From: Balanoglossus misakiensis | Lineage: Eukaryota; Animalia; Hemichordata | Direction of reading: 5' to 3' | Assembly: GCA_040954595.2 (NCBI GenBank) | Contig: CM082576.2 | Span: 1,309,403-1,373,402, forward strand | Length of the DNA stretch: 64,000 nucleotides | Shown: piece by piece, positions 38,401-52,146 of the stretch | Position numbering within the stretch: the first letter of the stretch is position 1 | Layout: every line of letters begins with the position of its first letter | Position numbers and translations under genes: made by a program | Notes under the pieces: model-generated | Told to the model about the DNA's origin: nothing | The model's database searches: none | Seen by the model: only the letters and a program-made list of their open reading frames with translations

Positions 38401-41400
38401 TGCATGCTGGGTAAGGCTGCTTCTACAAAGTTCTTTCTCTCGTTCTAGGATGGCTCTCATGGTATGAACATCAGGAGCTGTTATCAAGAAAAAATAAACA
38501 CACAAAATCAACTAAGATTACACTTTCCAACTATGAGTTATCAAACATGTAAGCTCTCAAGTCAAACTTAGAAATTTGTCAACCTTTTATATTATCATCA
38601 CTGAGTAGAAAATATAACTTGAAAAACTGACAAATATTTGATGAATGTCTCACCTGGTAGAGATCCAGCAATAACTGAGGTATCTGCAGCTTCTACTTGA
38701 CTGTAACTTCTGCTGTGATACGACTTGGCATCAACCATATAGAGTGTATCAGGTATGTGAGACATACGAATCATTCTCAGTCGAACCAGTTCCATCTCAG
38801 CCACCATGTGTTCATCAAGGATTGCCTACAATTTAAACAAAAATTCCATATTACCTTTTTAGCAATAGGGCCATGCATGTACGGTATGTACCAACTGTCT
38901 GTTATCAATCACATATAAATTCCAAGATTTTTTGTAAAAGAGTTGCTGCATTGTACGGTATTTTACAGTCAGAAGCAATGAATCTGCATACTGATGTACT
39001 ATGCACAGTTCTTGTACATGGAAGTCAGGACAGCTATGAGTTTTTAACATCACAATTGAAGTAACGACCCTTACCTTAGCTTCTTCCATATAAGGTTGGA
39101 AAAGCCGTGGCTTGATGTACATTGCATTGTTTTTACTTCGAATCCATGGATTGATGCTAAGAGACTCATCATCACTTCCAAACATATGCGATGGCGGAGT
39201 GCTGATCAACCCTTTCCTAATGGCACTGGTTAACACTTCACTGCTATGCGGTATGATGTGATCCACTCTGATGTACGGCACTATGTCACTCAGAATTTCA
39301 CGCAGCTCAGAATCATCCAAGTCTCGTCTCTTGATGCCCTTCTTACTCACACTGTGTTGAGTATTGCTCAGTAAATTAGGCTCTGTGGAAGAAACACAAT
39401 TGGAACAGCGTTATTTCCTTCATCAGTTCGGGTTGTAGCGCCCCCTAGTGGCAACTATCACAGTTGAATGAAAGGTTTTGTCACTATAGTGATACGTACA
39501 ATGTAGTTGGGGACATTCCTCGCAAGGGGTTAGGTTTTAAACGTAATGATTCCCCTGAAAATAAACATGATTTGGGAGAAGGCACTTCCAGTACATTGCA
39601 TGTACTAATTAATTATAACATACCTCTCTCTTCCATTCTCTTTATCAGCTGATGTTCTGCCCATTTCAACACAGCCTTCAGAACATCCAATTCACTCGCC
39701 TACAAGAAATATACCATATACAGCAATTATGGGTGAGGACACAAAACAGATGAGCGTGTCTATTCATTTTATGTCTTCAAGATGACAACAGCATGCTATG
39801 TTTTTAAGTGTACTTGTGTGGGTGGGGGGGGGGGGGAGAAATGGCTAAAATATAGATGTTTAAAAAAAGTGGGGGAGGGTCTGTAAACTGCTTAAAGATA
39901 AAGTGTTCAGTTTATGTTGAGTCTGACAAGCCAGACTGAGATGTTTGCCATGTACTTTGGAGTTTTTCTGCAGGTCATAAGGTTATAACATGAAACACAG
40001 CAGTGTCATGCACCTTTTCTGGGACTACACAGCAACCAATGAATGCAATAATAAAACAGACAGTATACAGAGTTATATATCACAGAGTACAGAATTAATG
40101 CCAGTGGGGCTCTAGCATTGGAATTGTGCCAATAGTTTTTTTTTTTTTCTTTCATCATAGAAGAAATGATCTTGAGATAAAGGAGAAATTTAATCATTTG
40201 GGGTTAGATTTGCTTGCCCTTATTGCTGAATTTTAAAACTGTGTCACCCTGCAGTTTCAACTTATTACCATTTCAACCGCTGCTATATTATACAGAGTTG
40301 CTACTTGTTTCAGTAATTATTCCTGGATTAATACATGTAGCTATCTCCTGGGGCATGGTGCAAATGCCAGCATGTACTTCCACTACAGTTTTAAGCATTT
40401 CCACAAAAGTGTGCAATTACTGTCACTTCAAATTCCAGAATCTCTAGAGGAGTTTTCAAGGATAATTTGGAATAAACAAACATTGGACTTTAGGACTGCT
40501 GCAGGGTATAGTTTCAAACATGTTTAATGAGTGATCATTTCCACAAACTTCATGAATACCACAGTCAAGTTTTCTAATCCAACACTTTGCACAGATAAGG
40601 TAGCCTCTTTAACATGCACTTACCTGTAAATAGTCTGATTTCAATGCCTCAATAAGGTAAGTTTTATTGAGTTCACACCCAACTGGTGATGTAGCTATGG
40701 CAAGGAATTCTTCCTTCAGAAAATGCATAGCCTGTCTGTAAACCCACTGAGATCCATGTGCCTGGCAACTCCAGTTTAGTACTGCTATGAAATTATCTTG
40801 AGATAAACTTTCTGCAATAATGTCTTCACATGCTGTAATTAAATAATGAAAAGTCAATTAGTAAAACTGACAACATAACTTTGGGTCTGACCCTTGTTAC
40901 ATTTTGTTCAGTGGTTACCATAATGGTATTAACAGCAAAGAGACAGTTTTGCCTTTTTGATTATTTTCACATATTTTTTATTTATTATTCTGTGTTTTTT
41001 TTAGAGAAAAGAAGCAATATCCACAAAAAAGACAAAGCGGGGAAAATTTCAACAATTGAGATCAGAAAATGAGGCCACAGCATAATATGACCAATCCACT
41101 CATTCATTACTCTAACAGACGCAAAGAGCACTTGGATAATGGCTAATGTTTTACAGAAAATGAAAAAAAAATTGTAATGGCATCGTAAATCAAATCTGTA
41201 AAATATGCAAAGTAGAAACCTTTCATCTTCTGGTGCATGATTTGCTGAGGTTTAAATTTTCCAGTATTCATACATTTTGTATATGATACCATGAAACCAC
41301 ATATCACCATGGCAACCAAATGATAAGGCGGCTTAGTTTGCGCAAACAGGTGGGCTGGCTTCTTTGAATTTGATATGTACATATGTGGAGAACATGTCAT

Positions 41401-44105
41401 GAATGTCTAATAAGTCTGAACTAAGCAAATATTTTACCATCATAATGTCAGGACAAATCGATTTCTCTATATTTGCCACATGGTTTTTAGAAAACTTTCT
41501 CCCCCAAAAAGCTGAATGCAAGAAAATCTGTGTTAAGTGATAAGATCGACTGAAAATGATAAAATTGGTGAGCTGGCGACAGTTAGACTCCTGTGTCTGG
41601 TGACATAATGGTGAAATGTTCAGGTTTTTATGACAGACGCCACATCTGATTCAACACATAAATTATCCAGTATTCTTTTCCCTGGCTTTCAGCATAAATC
41701 ACTTGACATCATGCAAGATTTCTAGAATCCACAGACCAATTTTCAATAGAATAGCTTACTGTTTCCCCCGGATGTACATATCCTGGTTTAAGGATATAGC
41801 AATAATATGCCTACAACAAATAGGATTTTATTTTTTCAGAAGAATAAAATAATAAGGACATCTATTTTGTGTATCTCCTCCTAACCGGCAAGAGTTAATT
41901 CAGTGTTTTTCCAATGAATTGGTTAATTATGATAATACCAACACACTTTTATCGCTCTAGGGTAAACAGTGAGTTATGTAGTTAAGATGTGAATTACTGG
42001 TGACCAAATTTTAAATGATTTTCTTTGAAGTTGAGTGACAGACATTCTTGTTAAACTCTAAACGACAGACAGATCTTTGGTCTGGCTCATAGCTTTCAAA
42101 ACCTGAAGAATCAACAACCCCAACTCTGTTTATTTTTCATGATGGCATGTATAGCATGCCACTTATACTGCAATTACACATGTTATATTTAGTTTGCTCC
42201 GGGTCAAAGTTTCCTCACTGTGAAATGTTATTCTATAGTTTATGTTAGCATCTCACAACCATATAATGTTCCTTCATCTCATGGGAATCACTGTCTCTTC
42301 TCCAAGTGACAGCATCAAAATACTATCTCTGCGCTGTCAATTAAATATATTTTGGAGTAAAAACACTTGAAGCTTAGAACATAAATTGTTCTACGGGAAA
42401 ATATGAACGTGTGACAGTTTCATGAGAAAATACCATTTATAGACTGCTGTGTGGTTAAGTACCGGTACATTTTTATTGCAACTGGCTGCATACATTCACT
42501 TTATATTTAACAAATCTCTGATATAAATTGTCAAACGCTGTTTTTGTCTGAAATAATTATAAAATTTAGGAAGTGGAGACGCATGTCAGAAATAATTCAT
42601 TCATTAAGTCCAGGCACCTGAAATTCCCATGACAATTGATGATTTACATCATTCATGATGGCAGAAATGGCTTATTTACATAAGGTGTGTTCTGCTTTAC
42701 CTGTTTTTGCTGTAGCATGTCTACACACATTGACCCCATTGTACATCCATGGATACACTTCATTATGTTTTATTTCAAATGAAGAGTGACTATGTGACAG
42801 ACAGACGTCCTAAGTGACATCTTGATCATCACATCACTGATGCATAATACACACACAGTACATCAACAGACTATCAAATTGTTAGTGGTACATGTGGGTG
42901 TGTCACTCACCTTGAGCCATGATTGTAAGATCTAGGAACCTGGCTATTTGGTAGACTTCCATGGCCTCTTCAGTTCTGGACAGCTGACCCCTTCCAGACA
43001 CCATTGCCTGCACCTCACTCAGACTACCCATACTTGGACTGTCTTGAATGACAAGTGATAAATCCACTGTGTCTAAGTATATGCCTTGTAAGAGAACCCT
43101 CGCATATCGTTTGGGAATAATGCTCTCATCAAGCACAATTCTTGTGGGTTGCTGTAAAGTCCTTTCTGTCAATTCTTCTCCTGACCTGTATCTCCTGTGC
43201 AGTAAATTCCGGAAGAATGGCGACCGGGCAGCCAGGATGGCTTTGTGACAAAGAAGTTCTTCATAGAATCCTTCTCCACCACAAGCCTCTGGAAGCCCAA
43301 TTGTGTCCGTCGATTCTGCCTCCGATGAGAAGACTAAGACAGCATCAGAATATTCCCCCGTTTCTAGCAAATGCCTGAAGTCCTGTTCCAGCACATTGAG
43401 AGTGCCAAATTCATCTCCTAGTTTCACTAGGACATCTAGGTTTTCTAAATGTGAATCATGTGTATTGAAATCACCTGTGTATATATATCGAAGCAAAGCT
43501 GAAAACATTGCAACATCCATCCCCTTGGTTCGGATATCTACATGTACCTCAGCGCTGTAATTCGGGTATCTCCGCAACAAGTCTCTGAAAAAGGGGCATC
43601 TGGCTGACAATATGGCTCGGTGTGCAGGAAAACAGGTATCTTGGAAAATCAGATCAATGTCCGTACAGTATTTGTAGTCGTAAAGGTCAGATAAGTCCTC
43701 CTTCAGACAGCTTGCATGTGGCCTGGCAATATTTGCTTGAATGGCCAATTCCTTCAGTGCGTTTGTAGCTTCATATTCTTCCACTAGCATATTCAGATCT
43801 CTCAAATTCCACCCAGAGACGAGCTCTCGCATCACCCTGGCATGATCATGAGACTTGCTGGATTTCCTCCGCCGGATCAATTTTTTCCGTAGTGTGGCAA
43901 ATCCAGTGGTCTTTTTCTTCTTTTCCTTATTTTGCTGGTAAGCCATGTTGGCACCGTGGCGAGGATCTAGAAGATGCTCAGGATAACTTAATGCATCCGA
44001 AAAATGAGTCACTCCTGATGCAGATGGTGATGTGTACAACTGTGCCAGCTTCTCTTTTTCTTTCTCCTTTGCTTTCTCAAGGGAACTGGATGTATTCACT
44101 CCCAT
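35436..44105 (-). CDS. BTBD7: BTB/POZ domain-containing protein 7 (two BTB + BACK), 7 coding exons, about 823 aa
   Basis: Exons 42911-44105, 40624-40832, 39624-39699, 39075-39382, 38654-38825, 38155-38477, 35436-35624 splice in frame. Diagnostic motifs: KKKKTTGFATLRKKLIRRRKS, YDYKYCTDIDLIFQDTCFPAHRAILSARCPFF, CHKAILAARSPFFRNLL, HGSQWVYRQAMHF, ELVRLRMIRMSHIPDTLYMV and MMPDIAM. Confidence 0.93.
39437..39453 (-). promoter_or_regulatory. CTCF binding motif
   Basis: The minus strand reads TGCCACTAGGGGGCGCT, essentially the CTCF core consensus, inside a BTBD7 intron. Confidence 0.65.
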
Positions 44106-47100
44106 TATTCTGCTTATACTTCATTCATGTGCAGAGATGCCCCGGTCATTTGTGGCACCCACATAACCAATCACAGCGCTCAGAAGCCGCTCATTTAGGG
44201 ATTATTTCACTGACATGGGAGGTTCTTCACCACCCCTGCTCCAGAAATGGAACCTTCCAGGGTGAAAGGAGTGGGGGAAAATGCAGGATATTGAGGATCA
44301 AAGGTCAACTGGCTTATTTACAATGACACAGTCCACTTTCAATTATGGTGTGCTTGCGACTCTGGCTGACTTTCCCCGAGTTCAGTCATTGTGTTGCGCA
44401 CTTTCACTAAATTTCCTGAAATGGAAGAAACAGGACAATATATAACCAATATACAAAATATCATGAATAAAATATCAAGCACGAGATAGCCTTTGCGGGG
44501 AATCAGCAAATTAATACACAGAGCACATTCACTGCGGCAATCCATGAATTTATGCGCTGATCTAGAAACGGCATCAGTATGCCATTCCACATTTATATAC
44601 AATTAACATCCAACACAGATCCCGCCACAGAAAATCCTTTTTGTTCTGATGCATACATCAACTGTCAATTTTAATTATAATACAAGTTGATTCATTGTGT
44701 GTCACATAACAGAGTCAATTCACTTTCATAATACAATATTTGCTCAGACGTTTCTATTATCAACAATGCATAACTAATAGCCGATTTGAAAATAGGTTAG
44801 CAGCAACACTACACAGGTTAATGGGGTACTTTGAATGGTCCCATGCAAGTCATGACACAATAACAGATATGCCGAGAATTTCACATTACACTTTGCATTC
44901 TTTTTCTGTCCATTAATTTTACTACCGGTACTAGCAATACAATACAGGTCTTTCAATGCACACATCTTGTTGAAAATTTGGCAAACTGCTCTGAGTATAT
45001 CCACTCAGTGCTTATTTTTGATCGGTGGAGATAAAAATTCTGATGAGTGTATTTGGGAATATGTAAAATGATTACTATGCCCCTGTAACATGTGTATCTA
45101 CTTTCTCATTGGTAATACAAAAAGGTCAAAAATACAAGATAACAAAATTGGTTATTATTTCAGCATAACATACCATCCTTGCTCTGAACAGTGATGCATG
45201 GGCAATTTTTATAAACTCAATAATGTTCAACTGATATTTTTCAATCATGAATCGTTTTGCTTTAAATTACACTAAACGTTGTTGAATATAACAGGAAATT
45301 GACTTTTCAGGATAATTAACTTATCAAAGAGGACAATGGCAATGAATATTGGGCATGCCTACTTTTCCATGAACATTGCCCTGTAAATCACCTTGGAAAA
45401 TTCAGCAGGAGGCACAATAAACTCTAATAAAAGAAAGAATGAAATCTACGCGAAGGTTATAATGATTTACTTGTGAAGTTCAGTACAGTGTAAGGTCACG
45501 ACACACAAAAGGCAAATCTTCTGCTTGACACAATGAGACACTCTCTTGAAGTGTTGAGATAATACTAACAATCCATTGTAGCCTGATTTGTATGTTCATT
45601 ATCTCAGTATAAAACACTTCATAGAGTCTGTTCACTGTGGCTAATCAGTTTCATATTGTAAAGAGACACTGCAATTTCTACCCGGTATAAAACTGTGACC
45701 TGGTTTCATAAAATGTTCTCCCCTCTGTTTTTATGGCATGTACGACCACCAATTTTTGTAATGCTAATGTTTAATTTATAATCAATCAATCTGATAAGCT
45801 GGCAACTTCCAATATTAAATACTTCCAATGTGTCAGTCACATATCTAATATCACATTAAAAATCACAATAATTTCAGATCTGGTGTAGAGAAGTTGTACA
45901 GCAAATATTATTATTTACACATTATTTTCAACAATTAAAACCAGGATAAATTTGTTACAGCCTCCTCCCCCCCCCCCCCCCCCTCACTGTACTCATAGGT
46001 CAGTAGACATACAAACATATGAAAAGTACCAGTGATGCTGTAAACCACCACATGATTTATACAGTTGAAAAGCAAACACAGGCTCACAATACAAATATTG
46101 AAATAATATGGCTGTATGGAGTATTCATCCCCACTAAATAAATCTATTAATCCTAACAAAATATTAATTGACTTGCTGATTTTCACTGAATAGGTCTTGC
46201 ACAGATAAAGTGGCTCTCTCAATCAATACATGGCATTAAAGGTTGAAACAACAGCCCCAGCCTAATCATATTTATGAAAAGCCGTCTTAATATAAAACAT
46301 GATGACAACAGTGTCTGCAATAAGCCTTCCTCTCATTCTATTGAAGTGTAATACTGGTTTTGGATGAATTTTGTAGAGAGATAACATACTCTTCCCTTAG
46401 TCAGTACAGTGACATAAGTAAACAACACAAGTTCCTCCACCTAGTGTGTAAAAATCTCTACTACTGATAATTGATGCCTGCAGTTATCACACATTTGTTT
46501 ACTGTATTCTGATAGACAACCCACTGTGGTCTTGAAATCAATTTGACCAGCAGCACTGACAGCAAAATTGAAATTTGCAATTCACTTGATTTTCCAAGCC
46601 ACTTAACTGAACAATAACAAAACTGTAAAAGGATATGTATGCTGAAAAGTCTATTTGGTGGATCTATGTCTACTCCACCACTGAACACACTAAGCTCATC
46701 ATATTTATTCAATGCGTCTTGTATGACCAAAAAAACCCTCTGATGTAAAGCTTGTTTGCAGCCACAGGAAGATGGACAGTGCTCATAACAACCAGAGATT
46801 TCATCTCACACAAGAAAATCAGACTGGTCTGCTGTTTACAATTTCAGTCAATTAGCCATTTGATACAGGTCAAAAAAACAAACCTATTATATTCAGTGAC
46901 ATTAGTCGTCTGGTAGTATTTATTTTCGATGATTCATCTGTAATAGTCTCCATCTAATTGTTTCATTATAAAAACTTCTTTTTAAGACATTTCATTAATT
47001 GATAGGCAAATAAAAAACACCATCATGGTAGTTGTACTAATATTTGTTTCATCAAAAAAACTGCTTTCTTGATAATGACAATTGACATGCCATGATTGAG

Positions 47101-48141
47101 AATTTTGATAAAGCTTACTCAGACTGGCTGTCAGAATAGTAGATATGCGTAATCATTTATGGTAAAGGACTGGGTGCTTTATGACTGTCCTGAAATTGAC
47201 ACCAAAGATTGTCTCAAGCCTAAAGGGGTAAATTTTGATATGTGACGAGAAATTCGGACTCGAAAGGGTTAATATCAGTTGTTATATAATTATTCAGTTT
47301 AATTGAAAAAACATACATTTTTATCATTTTGGATACACTTGATAATACTGACAGTTGTGCTGATATGAAAATCAACAAATAAATTTTCATAAATTTCCAT
47401 TTAAGAGTTTGTTTATGTGCAGTAAACACAGGTCCATGAACTCTATTACCGGTCAACAAACTACCAAGGAATGCTTACATATAGCAAGCAACTACTCTGC
47501 ATCTTCTGACCTCAGTTCTCACAGCGTGAGCATATAAACCAAAGCTGAAGATCTTAGTGTGTGGTATGGTTTCCCTGATCATGGTCCCTCCACACACTCT
47601 GACAGTGACAGCAATACTACAGCCAGTATTTTAGAGTTACAGCTATGTGTGACAAGATAACATTATTTCTTGTGACATGATGTACATATGTCATAAAATG
47701 TCCCAAAGCAAAGTGCATGATTTTGAGTTTCAAACACTGGCATCGCTACTGTGTTGTTGTTTTTTATCAGCCACTGAACTTGTAGGGCTTCTTGATGTTA
47801 TTGGCCAACTTTGTAGTTGTTCATCTCTTCAGTTGTACTCTGAATGCTAAATCCCCACAGAAGCTTTTTCATGCAAACGTACTGCCCCAGAAATACTGTT
47901 TTTACATACAGAGAGACATTTATGGACTGAGCATCGAGTACAGTTTGTTTGAATATAACTATTTTCAACTCAATAGTTGAAACTACAACGCCAACCCGAA
48001 CAATGAATATTCATGTCAGTTTCAATGGCGACACTGCCCAATCTTCACGTAAATGGATTGGAAGTTCTATGGGACACTTTCGACAGTTGTTAGGTTTTGA
48101 GCTTCAGTCGTATCCGAACGAAACTCGCGACTAATACTTAC

Positions 48142-48295
48142 TTATTTACACTGGGAGAAAGACTACCAAGAAACAACACGGCGCAAAACTGTTATTCTAC
48201 CACCACGAACACTCACAACAGAGCAGACCAGTTGGAGTTCGCAGATCATGTGTCAAAACGACCCAACACTGCAGTCTACACTAAACAGGAAGTCG
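48142..48295 (-). other. BTBD7: Probable non-coding first exon of BTBD7
   Basis: Strong minus-strand donor AA|GTAAGT at 48141 in a CpG-rich region, with a matching acceptor (TTCCATTTCAG) opening the exon at 44415. The TSS position is approximate. Confidence 0.55.
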
Positions 48296-48848
48296 CCCTT
48301 CCCCGGTAGCAACACTTAAAATATTTCAAAACGATGTATACGAGAACTTCGAACATGGTATCTTTAGTGTAAAACCGGTCAAAATAGTATAAATTCGGCA
48401 GGGGTCTACTTATATGACTCACCGATCGTATGTGTAGTCTTGTTCAGATACCTCGACACCAAACGATACTAATTTACCACAGCCAACTTCGGGTGTTTCC
48501 GGATAGCTGTGGTTTTAATTCGGTAACTTTCGGAATAGATAGTGCACTCTGGGTCATTGGTTATAATTTCCAATGAATAGAAAAATGACGCGATAATGAT
48601 TCTTTTTCTCCCTATTTTTAAAGTCTCGGTGCTAAGATGACAGGAAATCATGTAAAAATCAATTTATTAATCAAAGACCTGCGTGAAGGTCAAAATATGT
48701 TCACCTCGTTCCTAACGAGATATTAGAAAAGCACTACACGGTATCTGAGGGCAAACGGGGAAAGCCAACACGATCGTGAACGAGGACACTGATCGAGTAC
48801 GTGCAGAAGCCATTTTCAAGAAGAAACTAAATCGGAAAAATCGCCAAC
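48286..48848. promoter_or_regulatory. Bidirectional promoter shared by BTBD7 and COX8
   Basis: CpG-rich gap of about 550 nt between divergent genes. It carries ETS CAGGAAGT at 48286, ERRE-type TGAAGGTCA at 48684-48692, HRE core TACGTG at 48798-48803 and YY1-type GCCATTTT at 48809-48816. Confidence 0.6.
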
Positions 48849-49537
48849 ATGCCGGTATTACGTAGCTTATTTCAGCGTACCCTCCCCATTATTAGAAGTC
48901 AAACTGGTGTTGTACAACGCCGTACAGTAATGGGCGGTCCACCAACGCAGAAAGTTACACCATTGGTAGGTGAAATTCCTCAAAGTTACATTGACCCTGA
49001 AAAACATGTAGCCGGTTTGAACTTTTGCAACTTGTACACGGTCTCTTCATCAGTGGATTTTCGTTGTGACTTGATTTCCATCGACAACTTATGGTGAAAT
49101 GTATTTGCATTTTACATGACTTACTGAATGAATGGCAAACACCAATTAGTAAAGTTGATGTCATATACACATGACTGTCACTGAGCACATGTAAACAGTA
49201 AAAAATGATCTTGCAGACGAAATTTAGTTCAATCTCTATTGCTTCACCCAAACTTTTATGGGAATAACCCCTTGGTTCCAATTATTTAGCCCAGCCACGA
49301 ATGTACATTTTAACTGTGAACATATAAATGTGACAGGATCTGCAGCTGACCTTGATTGAAGGATGAAGTTTAATCTAATAGCTCGTCATGACATCTGGGT
49401 GAGATATCTAATGACAATGTTCTCTGTTGTAGGATAATAGCATTGCATTCAGCCTGCTGTTCGTCGGTATGTTGGGTGTACCAGGCTGGATTCTGTCTCA
49501 TCTACCAGACTACAGAGCACGTCCAGAAGAAGAATAA
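48849..49537 (+). CDS. COX8: Cytochrome c oxidase subunit 8 (copy a), 2 exons, 73 aa
   Basis: Exon 48849-48965 encodes MPVLRSLFQRTLPIIRSQTGVVQRRTVMGGPPTQKVTPL (Arg-rich, acid-free presequence). Exon 49433-49537 encodes DNSIAFSLLFVGMLGVPGWILSHLPDYRARPEEE*, with the COX8 signature GWILSHL..YR. ATTAAA at 49890 is followed by a GT-rich tract. Confidence 0.92.
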
Positions 49538-51049
49538 ATAACCAGAAGTTGATGAAGGGGGTTTCTTATTATGGTTGCTGTATTTAACAAGAGTTTGAAG
49601 AAGTTTTTCCAGTTTCATCCTTCCCAACAACGAAGAGAGCATCAGAAGATTCAGCAAGAAAACATCCTTTGCGACGGCTGGTATTGACAGACTCATAACA
49701 ATTCACTGGAAGTGAACTGTGGTTTTCTAACACCATCACACAGATGTAAATGATCTGAAGATGAAGATCAACAGACTTTCTGTCACTATCGTCAATCTTA
49801 TAATGCCCCCTAACTTCATAATCAATTAGTGCTCCTGTTTTCATTGTTTTAGCTGCTGTGTGTATGTAATTTGTGGAATATTTGGTGGAATTAAAATTTC
49901 TATCAAAGTTTGATTCAATAACTTGTGTTTTTGTTATTTTTCAGTCCAAACTGCATAAATAATTTTCCAGCATGATTAATCTGGTCATCTGTCCTGGTGC
50001 AAGTAGTTTTTATTTGTACTGCCAGCAAATGCAGTCACTTCATGCCTCCAGTGAACTCTTGATCACTTCCCAGCATGCCTTGCTGCATCTGCTTGACCTA
50101 CTTGTATCATGTGTATGAAGTGCAAACTGGCAATGTGTTAACTTAGGTGTTCTCATAACGTAATGAGGTGGCATTGATTGATGTGTTGGCTGTCTGGTGT
50201 TAACAAGGGTCATCAGAACTTTGGGTTCTGCACTCATTCTAACTACTGTTAAGTCTCTGTCTTGGATAAAATGAACAACCATTTCATAATTTATGCCTTA
50301 TTGCTATGAATGACAGAGACCTATGAACAGTTTTGTAACAATAAGGGCCATGCTCTCCCAGATTATAACAAAAAACTATGATTTGTAGCAGTTGTGGTAG
50401 AGGCTAGTACATAAATTATAAAGTATTACTTTGGAACCCATCCAACGATGGACCCTTTTATTGCACACAATACACATTGCTTTGTGAAGCAAAATTACTG
50501 TTCAAGTCTAGTTATTGTTGGTAACGTGCATGTCTCCCCAAAAATCCATAGTGAATGCCCTCTGGAGGTAATTGCCAGGTGTCAAAACTTCTGCCCAAAG
50601 TGGGCTATGTCTGTCTGTGTGATTGACGACACTTGCGCCATTTTGTTTGGAAAGGATTCTTAGAATCTTACCTGTGTGCTGTCAAGTAACAACATGTCGA
50701 GTTAACAAGACGCTACAACCTCAAAGAATATTCCAGTGTGGTACAGCATCCTAAGGCTTGGAGAAATTGCATGCTGAAATGATGTCGATACCAGGATTGC
50801 AAGTGTTACATGCATTTCCTAAAACAAGTATGTCAATTGAGAGCTTGTTACATATTAAACTAAAATATGCATGAATGTGAGGAAAGCTTTAATGAGAGGT
50901 TATTGGGTGATCGATCATGTGACTTGCAGTTGTACAGGAGTCCCTTCACGTACGCCTTCCAGTGCATGCTGGGTAGTCACTTGTGATCCGATTTTTATAC
51001 TTCCCTATCCTGTACTATCAGAATTGTACAATTTTATACCATTACCAAG

Positions 51050-52146
51050 ATGACGGGATTTCTCCGAACATTGTGGAACAGATCTGCTGTTGTTGCTAGG
51101 CAGCAAATTACCACAAAATATGGCTGTAACTGGCAAAACAATGCTACACTTGGGGTAAGTGGGATTTCTGTCACAATATGGACGCACGGGGTTCTAAATT
51201 TGCAACTGGCACAAGATGCTGCAAATGTGGTGAAATCCTTGGCTTTGGATTCTACAGAGCTTTCAATGCAAGTGCTTTATACAGCACTGGTCAGGTCTCT
51301 TCTTCATTTGTAGCTGAAGTCTGCTATGTTGGCATTTTTTGACCTCCTTTCCTTCTTTCACCTCTACCAATCACTTCTCTTTCATATGTGAACATTGATT
51401 GCCCTCAGTTAAATATTGACAAATTTGGGCTCTTTTTTGCAATTTATGACCAGTGTATATAAAAAATCCCGACATAAAGTGCCCAATAGTTGTTTACTAG
51501 TATTTTGGGTACATTTGAATAGGATTTGAAAGCAGGAGCTTTTAGTTAATATTTCTTCGAAGTGGCATTTGTCTTTGCATACATGGTTCACTCAAGATTT
51601 ACTTTAATTTCAGCGTTCCTTACCTGGTCTTGGAAATCAAATCGGTATTAGTCAATGCCGTACAATACTGAGTGGTCCACCAACAAACAAAATCACACCA
51701 ATGGTAGGTCAAATTCTCACTGCAGAAGTTAAATCTCTATTCTAAATACTGGATAAAATACATGCAATTTGTTATTATATACTACACTGTGCTTTCTAAT
51801 ACTACAGGTACACCAGAGAAATAAAGTGAGGTAAAAATAAAAATTCCAGAAAGTAATGTAGCGAAATTATCAATTAAAACAAAGTCATCAATAATTGCAT
51901 TCAAACTTTCAAACTAGAGGTTATCAGTACATCATCTTTTCATGAAATAACTGGTGGCAATATCTAACACATCATTGGACCCCATTTGTCCATTATATAC
52001 CTAGCATTTTTATTCTGTTCAAATTCCAGGAAAACACTATAGCATTCATTGCTTTATTCATTGGTGTCTGTGTACCATCTGGTTACATCATGGCTAATCT
52101 GGATTCCTATCGAACACTACCAGACTCAGAAAAGCGAGATGACTAA
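51050..52146 (+). CDS. COX8: Cytochrome c oxidase subunit 8 tandem paralog (copy b), 3 exons, 103 aa
   Basis: Exon 51050-51154 (MTGFLRTLWNRSAVVARQQITTKYGCNWQNNATLG|GTAAGT), exon 51614-51703 (RSLPGLGNQIGISQCRTILSGPPTNKITPM|GTAGGT) and exon 52030-52146 (ENTIAFIALFIGVCVPSGYIMANLDSYRTLPDSEKRDD*). All junctions are phase 0. AATAAA at 52326. Exons 2-3 align residue by residue with copy a; the first-exon assignment is less certain. Confidence 0.85.

Noticed and set aside
43048-44326. Several plus-strand ORFs within the large BTBD7 exon
   Set aside because: Antisense shadows of a GC-richer coding exon.
51155-51391. Unspliced 87-aa ORF, or alternative second exon LKSAMLAFFDLL... at 51314, for the 51050 start
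   Set aside because: Much weaker COX8 similarity than the 51614 and 52030 exons, which align residue by residue with copy a.
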